Shown here one piece after another: positions 40,490 through 50,093 of a stretch of DNA of 64,000 bases. Both the position numbers and the translations under genes were made by a program. Below the pieces are notes generated by a model. The model worked only from the letters and a program-made list of their open reading frames with translations. It was not told the DNA's origin and made no database searches. Origin of the DNA: an uncultured delta proteobacterium. GTDB lineage: Bacteria; Myxococcota_A; Polyangia; Fen-1088. Each line of letters starts with the position of its first letter. The stretch's first letter is position 1. The stretch lies in NCBI GenBank assembly GCA_963767925.1, contig CAVYGB010000002.1:448001-512000 (forward strand), in the 5' to 3' direction.

Positions 40490-40772
40490 ATTCGAGAGCC
40501 ACGTCTCGACGCCCGCTGGCGGCCAGCCGCCGCGGCGGGATTGCGGGATCGATGATCCTGGTCGGGGCGGACGTGAGTGTGACGCCATCTACTCGCAGAT
40601 GGGCCGTGCCCGGAAGCTGGCGATCGCCGGCTATGCGGTTGGCGGCGCTTTGGCTGCGGGCGCTGTGACGCTGTTCGTGATCTCGGCGGGCGATCGCCCG
40701 GCTCGCCCGGTTGCCCTGGCCTGTGGGATCACGCTGACCAGCGTCGGGGGTCGATGCCGGGTGACGTTCTAG
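40490..40772 (+). pseudogene. C-terminal fragment of a myxobacterial-type membrane protein
   Basis: Hydrophobic LAIAGYAVGGALAAGAVTLF followed by C-terminal CRVTF; no clear N-terminus. Confidence 0.35.
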
Positions 40773-41382
40773 CGTTCTGGTTAGAAGCCCGCGACCTCAG
40801 GTTCTCCATCGCGACGGTGAAGGCGTACACCCTGCCCGCCGTCACCGGGAACGGATTCCGCTGCCGCGCGGTTACCACCTCGCCAGGCGACGGTACGAGC
40901 TGCAGCCCAGGCTCCTGCCCGGGGCCCTGAGAAACCACGCTGGCGGCCTCAGGGTGGCTGATCTCCCAGGTCTCCAGGGTCGAGAAGTCCGGCTCCGAGA
41001 CGGTCGGCTGGGCAGGATCGAAAACGCTACCTTCACGGATCTCGAAGCCAGCAGAGGACATCTCACCCATCGATGCCGTGAAACGAGCGGGGATCAGCAT
41101 GAGCCCCGTGGTAGCCGGCTCCGACGCGAAGGTGAGCGCTCTCCATCGCGCTGGTAGTCGCACGTCATGGCCCCGGACGTATGCGTGATTCCGGCATCCT
41201 CGCCCGCGATCCGAACCCTTCCGTCGGGAGCCACTTTCGCGTCTTCGAACCGACACCGTTGCAGGTCCTGGCCAACGTGAACGATTTCCGTCGCCGCCGA
41301 GCCCGAGCGCAGCGAGCGTACCCGGCCGTCACTCCGCAACTGTTCCCTGGCCCGCGCGGCGGGCTCGGCCAGCGCGGCTGGA

Positions 41383-41733
41383 TCAGGCGTGGGCGGCGGG
41401 GTCCTTCGCGATGAGCTCGCGGGCGCCGTAGAAGGTGGTTCGCTCGGGGGTGACGAGTGGCCAGCCTTTCAGGGCGGCGCGGATGGGGGCCAGGTCGGCG
41501 ACCTCGAGGTAGAGGAAGGCGCGGTGGGGGCCGTCGGCGATGGCGGGGACGTCCTTCGACAGCGAGGCGCGGCTCTGGAGCATCAGCGCGAGGTCGCCGT
41601 GCTGGAGGATGACGAAGCCGAGCTTGTTGCCCTCGGGGACCTCGGTCGCCCTGGCGAACCCCAGGCGATCGACCCAGAAGGGGAGCGCGTCTTCGATGCT
41701 GTCGACGATCAGGTTCGGGGTGAGCTTCTTCAT
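41383..41733 (-). CDS. VOC family protein, possibly clipped at the C-terminus
   Basis: AGGAG RBS; LTPNLIVDSIE..LPFW..RLGF, TFYGARE...DPA then an early stop. Confidence 0.75.
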   Translation of the reverse strand: MKKLTPNLIVDSIEDALPFWVDRLGFARATEVPEGNKLGFVILQHGDLALMLQSRASLSKDVPAIADGPHRAFLYLEVADLAPIRAALKGWPLVTPERTTFYGARELIAKDPAAHA

Positions 41734-41962
41734 GGCTCCTTCTTGCCCGATCGCGCGGCGGGAAAATTGGACGGATGGAACCTGCGGTTCCTCTCGGCAC
41801 ACGGCGACGGTGACATACGGAAATGGCCTGGACGTGCGCGCGATTTCGGCAGGCGCTGAATTTGCCGGGTCATTTTCCGTGCCGGATTGGCATGACGGCG
41901 CGCCTTCGACGGTGATTTCGATCGGTGCCGTCAAGATCGGAGACCTGGGGCCACTAGAGGCC

Positions 41963-43027
41963 ATGACAAACCTCGCCAGTGGCCTTCTGAGCCCGCGCAC
42001 GCCGCGGCCCGGCCGCAACGGTCTTCTCTCCATCGCTGCTCTGGTCGCGCTGCTCGGCGCGGCCTGCTCGCAGGAAAGCGGCAACGGCTCGGGCACCGGT
42101 GGGACCGGCGGGTCGACCACCTCGGGCACCGGCGGCGGCGCCGGGTCGGCGGGCAGCGGCGGGGGAGCGGCCCAGGGCGGATCCGGCGGGGCCGGCGGAC
42201 AGAGCGGGAGCGGCGGCAGCGCGCCGGCCGGTGGCGCCGGTGGCTCGGCCACGGGCGGCAGCTCGGGCAGCGGTCCCGGTCGCGACGCCGGCGCCAGCCG
42301 GGACAGCGGCAGCCGCGACACGGGCAGCGGCCCGGCGCGGGACGCGGGCGCGCGCGCGGATGGCGCGCGCGGCGATGGGCCGCCGGCCAGCGCGGGGGCG
42401 CCGGGCTGCCAGGGCTTCGTGGGCAAGTTCTGCAGCGACTTCGAGCTGCAGAACGCCGGCGCCGCCCCCAACGGCAACGGCGACTTCACCGTCAGCGGCA
42501 ACTCGGTGACCGTGGACGGGGCCAAGGGCTTCAGCGGCACCAAGTCGCTGCGCTTCCGCCCCGGCGGCAAGACCCAGCTCGTGTTCCGCAAGCAGTTCCC
42601 CTTCAATGAGCAGCACGGCCGGCTGATGATGTTCGTGACCCGGACACCGCCCAACCCCTCGCACTGGGACATCGTCCAGTCCAACAGCGCGGCCAACAAC
42701 ATCTGGTCCTGGGGCGGGATGTACGGGAAGTTCCAGCTCGTCGTCGATCCCCCCGACGACGGCCAGGACTCGACCACGGTGATCCCCTCGGGCAAGTGGT
42801 TCTGCGTGCAGTGGCACTTCGGCCAGGGGACCGGCGGTCGCTCCGACTACCACGTCAAGATGGACGGCGCCGAGGTGAACAAGTCGCCCCAGATCGGCCA
42901 CTGGCGGGCCGGTGCCTGGGAGGACCTCCTGGTCGGCTGGGAGGTGTTCGGCACCGCCCCCATCGAGTTCTGGATCGACGACCTGGCCTTCGGCGAAAAA
43001 GAGATCGCCTGCCCCGCCGCCCCCTGA
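41963..43027 (+). CDS. Lipoprotein with Gly/Ser linker and Cip1-like/ConA-like carbohydrate domain
   Basis: Lipobox GAAC; FCSDFE, GKWFCVQW, FWIDDLAF...IACP motifs. Confidence 0.65.
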   Translation: MTNLASGLLSPRTPRPGRNGLLSIAALVALLGAACSQESGNGSGTGGTGGSTTSGTGGGAGSAGSGGGAAQGGSGGAGGQSGSGGSAPAGGAGGSATGGSSGSGPGRDAGASRDSGSRDTGSGPARDAGARADGARGDGPPASAGAPGCQGFVGKFCSDFELQNAGAAPNGNGDFTVSGNSVTVDGAKGFSGTKSLRFRPGGKTQLVFRKQFPFNEQHGRLMMFVTRTPPNPSHWDIVQSNSAANNIWSWGGMYGKFQLVVDPPDDGQDSTTVIPSGKWFCVQWHFGQGTGGRSDYHVKMDGAEVNKSPQIGHWRAGAWEDLLVGWEVFGTAPIEFWIDDLAFGEKEIACPAAP

Positions 43028-43256
43028 CGGCCTGACGCCGGGGCGCCCCGCCCGGCGAGCGTGGGGCGCACCGGTCCGGGACGACCGCGGGGGTCGCAGA
43101 AAGCATGGCCGGTCGACGCGCGGGTGCTGCGGGTCGGGTTGGAGGCGCGTGTTAAGATCGCGCCTTCGCGACTGGATCGAAGATGGCACGTGGACGGCAC
43201 GAGCAAGCGATGGGCACGGCCCCCCTCCCGTCGGCGACGGGCCCCGGCGGTCCGGC

Positions 43257-44030
<774 letters not shown>

Positions 44031-44156
44031 CGCCGGGCCGCAGGCAACCCTCGCCGGAGGCCCCTCACCCGGCGTCGGCCAAGACCAGGCCCTCGAGGGC
44101 TGACCCGCCAGCGAGCGCGTGCCCGCGGCGGGCGGACGCGCTATAGAGCTGGCTCG

Positions 44157-45248
44157 ATGGGTCCCCCTGACGCGACCCCCGCGCCCGAGCTCTCCGCGGC
44201 GCTGGAGGCGGCGCTGCTGCGCACGCTGGCGGAGAGCTGGGACGAGATCAACTACAGCCACTTCGGCCGCAAGCTGCGGCGGCCGGTGCTGGCGCTGCAC
44301 GACGGGCAGGGGCGGCTGGGCCAGTGGAACGGCGCCCGGAGCGAGCTGTCGCTCAGCCGGGCGCTGGTCTGGGAGCAGCCCTGGGGCGTCGTGCTCGAGG
44401 TGCTCAAGCACGAGGTGGCCCACCAGTTCGTCGACCAGGTGCTGCAGGCCCACGACGAGACCGCCCACGGCCCCGCCTTCGAGAGCGTGTGCCGCCAGCA
44501 CGGCATCGACCCGGCCGCCCGCGGGCTGCCCCGCACCGCCGAGGGCGCCGACGACGAACATCCCATCTTGCGGCGGATCGCCCGGCTGCTCGCCCTGGCC
44601 AGCAGCCCCAACCTGAACGAGGCCCAGGCCGCGATGAGCCAGGCCCAGCGCCTGATGCTGAAGCACAACATCGAGGCGGCCACCGCCACCGCCCGGCGGG
44701 GCTTCGAGTTTCGCCACCTGGGGCTGCCCCGCCGGCGCATCGACGCCGCCGAGCAGATCCTGGCGAGCATCCTGTCCGAGCACTTCTTCGTCGAGGTCAT
44801 CTGGGTCCCGTCGTACCTCGTGCGCGAGGGGCGCGCCGGCACCGTGCTCGAGGTGTGTGGCACCCGGGCCAACCTCGAGGTGGCGAGCTACGTCCACGGG
44901 TTCCTGACCGAGGCCGCCGTCCGGCTGTGGCGCGACCACAAGATCGCCCAGCGCCTGAAGGGCGATCGAGAGCGGCGGCGGTTCGTGCTGGGGGTCATGA
45001 TGGGCTTCTCCGAGAAGCTGCAGGTGCACGCCACCGGCACCCGCCTCGAGGGGCTGATCTGGCGGGGCGATCCCGAGCTGGTCGACTACCTGCAGCGCCG
45101 CCACCCCCACCGGCGCGGCGGCCGCCGCTTCGGCTACCGCCGGACCGCCACCTACGAGCAGGGCCGCCGCGCCGGACGCGAGATCGTCCTGCACCGGGCC
45201 GTCCACACCCGCATCGACCGCGGCCGCCTCCTACCCCCCAGCCGCTGA
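44157..45248 (+). CDS. SprT-like zinc metalloprotease domain + DUF2786-like domain protein
   Basis: HEVAH...HGPAF motif; RIARLLALASSPNLNEAQAAM..AQRLMLKHNI. Confidence 0.82.
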   Translation: MGPPDATPAPELSAALEAALLRTLAESWDEINYSHFGRKLRRPVLALHDGQGRLGQWNGARSELSLSRALVWEQPWGVVLEVLKHEVAHQFVDQVLQAHDETAHGPAFESVCRQHGIDPAARGLPRTAEGADDEHPILRRIARLLALASSPNLNEAQAAMSQAQRLMLKHNIEAATATARRGFEFRHLGLPRRRIDAAEQILASILSEHFFVEVIWVPSYLVREGRAGTVLEVCGTRANLEVASYVHGFLTEAAVRLWRDHKIAQRLKGDRERRRFVLGVMMGFSEKLQVHATGTRLEGLIWRGDPELVDYLQRRHPHRRGGRRFGYRRTATYEQGRRAGREIVLHRAVHTRIDRGRLLPPSR

Positions 45249-45270
45249 CCTCCCGCGGCTCCCGCCTGCG

Positions 45271-46194
45271 CTATTCGGTGGGGAGGAGCAGGATGGTGCC
45301 GTTGGCGGTGTGGGGGACCAGGAGGCGGTGTCCGGGTTCGTCGAGGTAGAAGTCGGCGGTGCTGCGAGGGCCCACGCCGGAGAGCAGGACCTGCACGGTC
45401 TCGCCGTCGCGGTCGAGCTTCCAGACGGCGCCGTTCTCGAAGGTCGAGACGTAGATGTTTCCCTCGGCGTCTTGCTCGACGCCGTCGGCCCCACGAAAGC
45501 CGGTGGCGAGGGTGGTGCGGGTGGGTCTTCTGCCCGGCTTGATCTCGACGAGGCTGCCGAAGAAGAAGTCCACCGCCAGCAGGTGGCCCGGGCGGTTGGC
45601 CAGGCCCACGCCGTTGATGACGAGGAGCTTGCGCGAGGGGGAGACGACCTCCGCCACCGCTCCGTCGAGGGTGACGCGGTAAATGCGCGAGCGCGCTTCG
45701 ATGGTCCAGGTGGTTGCGCTGAAGCTGTCGAGCGGCCACAGGAGCTGGGTCGCTGGATCCCGGATCTGCGAGCGGGCGCCCATCTCGGTGACGAGGACCG
45801 ACCGGCCGCCCGGCTCGGCCGCGGCGTCGTTGAGGAACTCGATGGGATGGGGGAAAGCGGCCGCCTCGGCCAGCACGCGCGCGTTGCCTTGCTGGTCGAC
45901 GATCCAGACCCGGGTTGTGTCGGTGACGACGAGGAATTCCCCGGTGAAGGTGATGCCGCGCGGGTCGTTGAGGCCCGCCACGAACGGGGTCACGGCTCCC
46001 CCCGGCAGATCCAGCCGACGGATCTCGCCGTCGCCGGGATCGGGCGTCCCCTGGATCGAGACGTAGAAGCTGCCGCCCCAGCCGCGGGTGACGCTCTCGG
46101 GCCGGGGGCCGACCGGGATGGCGATCGGCTGCGCCCAGGCAGCCGTTGAGATGCCGGCCAGGAACAGGAGCAAGGTTGCGCGCAGAGCTCTCAT
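45271..46194 (-). CDS. SMP-30/gluconolactonase/LRE-like beta-propeller, secreted
   Basis: RPESV, FLND, INGV, GADGVEQD, TADF propeller motifs; signal peptide. Confidence 0.8.
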   Translation of the reverse strand: MRALRATLLLFLAGISTAAWAQPIAIPVGPRPESVTRGWGGSFYVSIQGTPDPGDGEIRRLDLPGGAVTPFVAGLNDPRGITFTGEFLVVTDTTRVWIVDQQGNARVLAEAAAFPHPIEFLNDAAAEPGGRSVLVTEMGARSQIRDPATQLLWPLDSFSATTWTIEARSRIYRVTLDGAVAEVVSPSRKLLVINGVGLANRPGHLLAVDFFFGSLVEIKPGRRPTRTTLATGFRGADGVEQDAEGNIYVSTFENGAVWKLDRDGETVQVLLSGVGPRSTADFYLDEPGHRLLVPHTANGTILLLPTE

Positions 46195-46311
46195 GCCCGG
46201 CATCTTCGGCCCCGTCCCCGGGGCCCGGAACCCCCTTCCGCGTCGAGTCGTTGCCGTATTTCCGGGCCGGCCGTGGCCGGTCGGGCGGGCCCCGAAAGCG
46301 GGCGGCCGCTC

Positions 46312-46914
46312 TCACTCGACGACGATGCCGAGCGACTGCACCAGCAGGACCGCGGCGTCGAAGCCGAGGCGGACCCCCTGGACCCGGTTTTGCTGGGGAT
46401 CGAAGAGGACGTTGCGGGCCCGCGAGAAGTTGGCCCGGGCGAGCTGGCAGCCGCGGATGGTGCTGTCCTGCAGGTCGCTGTCGGTGAAGTCGGCCTCGGT
46501 CAGGTCGGCCTCGATGAAGTTGGTCTCCCGGGCGACGCAGCCGACGAAGCGGGCCGCGCGCAGGCGCAGCTTCACGAACGAGGCGTAGCGCAGGTCGCAC
46601 TTCTCGAAGGAGAAGTCGGGCAAGGGGGCCACGTCGCTGAAGTCCACCCCCATCAGCCGCGTGCCCTTGAAGGTCACGCCCCGCAGGGCGAGCTGCTGCG
46701 GCACCATGCGGCTGAGATCGCAGTCCTCGAAGACGCAGTCCTCGAGCCGGGTCTTGCCCCAGCGGCTCTCGATCAGCTTGCAACCGCGGAAGGTGCAGCG
46801 CTGCAGCTCCTTGTCCGACAGGTCGGCCGCCTCGAGGGTGAGATCGGTGAAGGTGACCTCGGCGAAGAAGTCGTCGTCTTGCAGGCTGGGTGCGGGTGGC
46901 GGGGGGCTGCTCAT
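46312..46914 (-). CDS. Pentapeptide repeat protein
   Basis: Repeating A(D/N)LxxxxF pattern (ADLTEADFTDSDL, ANFSRA). Confidence 0.9.
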   Translation of the reverse strand: MSSPPPPAPSLQDDDFFAEVTFTDLTLEAADLSDKELQRCTFRGCKLIESRWGKTRLEDCVFEDCDLSRMVPQQLALRGVTFKGTRLMGVDFSDVAPLPDFSFEKCDLRYASFVKLRLRAARFVGCVARETNFIEADLTEADFTDSDLQDSTIRGCQLARANFSRARNVLFDPQQNRVQGVRLGFDAAVLLVQSLGIVVE

Positions 46915-47924
46915 CGTGATTCATCCGGGGGCTCGGCGGTGGGACGGCATTCGACCAGGTAGCGGCCCGAGGGCTGCAAGGTGGTGGCCTGCACCCGCAG
47001 CCCCGCGCCGGCGGCCAGGGCGCGAAACTGCGACAGGCTGCGGTCCCGGCCCCCCACCAGGATCATCATCAGCAGCTCCGGGGCGGGCTGCCCCTGCTCG
47101 TCGGGGGAGACGCCGTTGAGCACGATAACCCGGCCGGACGGGCGGGCGGCCTCGGCGCAGCGGCGCAGGAGCGCGGCGGCCTCCCGGTCCGGCCAGTCGC
47201 TGAGCACGCTCTTGAGCAGGTACAGGTCGGCGCCGGCGGGCAGCGGATCGAAGAAGCTCTGGGCGGCGGTGCGCACGCGCCCCTCCACCTCGGCGGCGCG
47301 GAACACCTCCGCCGAGCGGGCCACCGTGCTGGGCAGATCGACAAGCGTCCCCTGCACGGCGGGGTGGGCGCGCAGCACCGCGGCCAGCAGGGCGCCGGTG
47401 CCGCCCCCCACGTCGACAACCTGCCGCACGCCCTCCCAGGTGCCGGTGACGAGGACGTCGGGGTCGGGGGAGCCGTGGCCGGGCCCCATGAGGCCGTCGA
47501 AGTCGGCGGCGATGGCGGGGTTGGCCTGCAGGTCCTCCCAGAACGGGCGCCCGAAGATCGTGTGGTAGGCCGGCGCCCCCGTGCGCACGGCGGGCAGCAG
47601 GCTGGCCCAGGCGTGCGCCATGCGCCCCCCGATGCCCTCGAGGTCGAAGCCGAACCGGGCCCCCGGCTCGAGCAGCCCCCGGGCGGCGGCGTTGAGGGCG
47701 AAGCGCCCCGGCTCCGGCTGAACGAACAGCCCCTGCTCCACCAGGTGCCGCAGCACGCGCGACAGGGAGTCGGCGTGAGCGCCCGCGGCTCTGGCCAGGT
47801 CGTCGATCGGGCGGGGTCCCCCGGCGAGGTGCTCGGCGACCCGCAGGGTCACAACCACATGGACACACCAGGGTGTACAGAGGTCGGCGAGCTTCCACAG
47901 GTCGACGCCCTCCCCGGCCGGCAT
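46911..47924 (-). CDS. O-methyltransferase (methyltransferase-2 family)
   Basis: VVDVGGGTG, SFFDPLPAGADLYLLKSVLSDWPD; ATGA overlap with the pentapeptide gene. Confidence 0.9.
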   Translation of the reverse strand: MPAGEGVDLWKLADLCTPWCVHVVVTLRVAEHLAGGPRPIDDLARAAGAHADSLSRVLRHLVEQGLFVQPEPGRFALNAAARGLLEPGARFGFDLEGIGGRMAHAWASLLPAVRTGAPAYHTIFGRPFWEDLQANPAIAADFDGLMGPGHGSPDPDVLVTGTWEGVRQVVDVGGGTGALLAAVLRAHPAVQGTLVDLPSTVARSAEVFRAAEVEGRVRTAAQSFFDPLPAGADLYLLKSVLSDWPDREAAALLRRCAEAARPSGRVIVLNGVSPDEQGQPAPELLMMILVGGRDRSLSQFRALAAGAGLRVQATTLQPSGRYLVECRPTAEPPDESR

Positions 47925-48055
47925 GGCACCAGGCTACGCTGCCCCCGGCCCGCCAGCAACCGCCCCGATGGCCCTGTCTTCCGTCGGTGCGCTCGAGGCG
48001 CTCGAGCTTGCCCACCTCGGAGGAAATATCCGGAGGCTCGGGGCGTTCAGGATCC

Positions 48056-48410
48056 ATGGCCGATCCGCGACAGCGTCCGCCCGAGCGCCCGGCTGCGCAG
48101 CCGTCCGTCTCGCGGCGGGAGATCCTCCTCGGCGCCGCCGGGGTCTGGCTTGCCGGGTGCCGCCGCCAGAGCGCCGACGAGAAGGCCACCATCACCACCC
48201 GGGGACGCTGGGGCGGGCTCGACGGGACGCTGGTGAGCGCGCTGCCCGAAGGTCACAAGGGCGGCAAGGCGCTTGTCCTCTTGCACGGCTTCCGGATGCG
48301 CCCCGACGCCGACAGCCTGCTGCGAGGCGCGCGCAAGGTCGCCACCCTGCGGATGCGCGTCTTCGTCCCCGGAGGCATCGAGGCGGCCGGCAAGGGCCGC
48401 GCCTGGTGGG
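48056..48410 (+). pseudogene. N-terminal fragment of a Tat-exported phospholipase/carboxylesterase-like hydrolase
   Basis: SRREILL...LAGC signal, LVLLHGF, GRAWW; similarity ends abruptly. Confidence 0.55.
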
Positions 48411-48708
48411 GCACACGGTGCAACTCGGCGAATACGAAGCCACCGCGGACGCGATTCTCTATGATTTTGATCTCGAGGTCCGCGCGCGGATGAAAGCGCG
48501 CCAGGTCGCGCAGGACAGGTCCTTCGGCGGAGCACTTCGGCGACTGCGACTACTCCGTGGCCTCACGCGCGCCGACTTCGAACCGGTGGTCAGCGAGAAG
48601 ACCATCGCGCGCATCGAGAACGGCGAAGTCACGACCCCTCAGCACGATACCCTGATGGCGATCGCCAAGCACCTCGACGTTCAACCGGAGGAAATCGGCA
48701 GCTATTGA
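48411..48708 (+). pseudogene. XRE-family HTH protein, probably 5'-truncated
   Basis: LRRLRLLRGLTRADF..VSEKTIARIENGE; possible restart at ATG 48490; less GC-biased codons. Confidence 0.7.
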
Positions 48709-48851
48709 GCGTCTGGAATAGACGACCCGCTGAGCGAGAGCAAAGGTGGGGGCCCGGGTCTAGCCACCCGGACCCCGGCGCGGATGGACGCGCAAGGGCA
48801 CGATGCCCCGAGCGCGCTTGATCGTCCAGTTCCGACTGATCGCTCGGTCGG

Positions 48852-48965
48852 ATGGACGGGTCGATAGTCGATTTACACCAGCTTCTCTGCGGGATCTGCG
48901 GAGCCAGGTTCTTCGTTTGCGCCGAGGATTTCCGAGGTCAGTGCTACTGCTGCTGGTGGCAGTGA
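48852..48965 (+). pseudogene. 37-aa Cys-rich zinc-finger-like ORF fragment
   Basis: Own translation MDGSIVDLHQLLCGICGARFFVCAEDFRGQCYCCWWQ*. Confidence 0.35.
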
Positions 48966-49264
48966 AATCCTCCCCCGGCACGGCGGCCGAAATCGCCTCG
49001 GGTGACGGAGAGGCGGATCGCGCGGTGACGCCGATTTCGGGCCCGACAGGGAATCGCGTTGGGTGCCCGGTGCGACCTGATTGGGCCGGAAGTTGCCTGG
49101 TAGGTCCGTGGCGAGGCGAAAGCCTGTAGTGGGGCCGCGAGGGCGCCAGGGCGATCTCAAGCGGGGCACGCGGATGGCGGAGGGTCGGCCGGGGAGGCGT
49201 GCCCCCCCTCCGGGGCGCGGCTCGAGGCGGATCCCGAGACAGACGGCGCCCGCTCGGTGGTCGA

Positions 49265-49501
49265 TCAGAAGAGCGAGTCGTCCGGATCGTACGACGGGGG
49301 ATCGCTGTTCGAGGCGGGATCCTCAGCGACGTCGGGCTCGGGCTCGGGCTCGGGCTGGAGGATCGCCTCGCGGTAGACCTGCCACAGCTCACCCTGGAGC
49401 TGCTCGAGGCAGTCGATGAGCGCCCCGGCCTCGCGCGGGCCGAGCGCGGGCAGCACGAGGGTGACGATGCGTGGTGGAGGCGCGGCTGGACGACTGCTCA
49501 C
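49265..49501 (-). CDS. Small acidic hypothetical protein coupled to the IstB-like fragment
   Basis: GTGA start/stop overlap at 49498-49501; PEPEPEP tract. Confidence 0.45.
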   Translation of the reverse strand: MSSRPAAPPPRIVTLVLPALGPREAGALIDCLEQLQGELWQVYREAILQPEPEPEPDVAEDPASNSDPPSYDPDDSLF

Positions 49502-49745
49502 GATCGCTCCGGGCGCTTCCGATCGGCGTCTCGGTGGCCGCGATGGCCGGAGGGACGTCGACCTCGCTTCGGCGGCAGTGGGCCGGGGGACGAGTCTCGA
49601 TCGACGCGGAAGCTCTTGGCGTCTTTGGGGAAGGTGAAGATGTGGGCGCCCTCGATGAGGCGGTCGAGGGCGGGTGTGACCTGGGAGGGACTGCCGAGCG
49701 CCCGTGGCCACTCCTCGAAGCCGAGGAGGATCTGGCTGTACTGGG
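49498..49745 (-). mobile_element. IS21-family IstB-like ATPase C-terminal remnant
   Basis: FEEWPRALGSP...ALDRLIEGAHIF....KSFR resembles the IstB C-terminal pattern. Confidence 0.55.
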
Positions 49746-49836
49746 AGGAGGCGCTCGACCGACGCGCCGTGGTGGCACTTGGCAGCCGCAGCCGGGTGCT
49801 CCGCATCTGAGGGGTGTGACCGGCCTACCGGCGCCA

Positions 49837-49854
49837 ACTTGAATAGGGCACTAG
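49837..49854. repeat. IS-end-like 18-bp sequence, inverted partner of 56210-56227
   Basis: ACTTGAATAGGGCACTAG. Confidence 0.8.
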
Positions 49855-50093
49855 GTAGCACGCTCGATCGGGTGCAGGGCGAGGGAGGGGAGGTCGACGG
49901 CGCTGGTGGTCTGACGAGCGAGCGGTCCGACTTCGAGGGGGTACCCGGCGGATGGACGCGGTCGCCCCGGGCGACCCGGTCAACGCGATCGACTCCGTTG
50001 TAGTATCGCCGCCTCATCAGAGGAGGCCCCATGGCGCGCGTGGCGGGTTCAGTCTTGGTCGCGGCGACCGAGGCGCGGCTACCGCCCGCGGGG

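Noticed and set aside
46312..46914. Qnr-type quinolone resistance gene
   Set aside because: Only a generic pentapeptide repeat pattern; nothing specific supports Qnr
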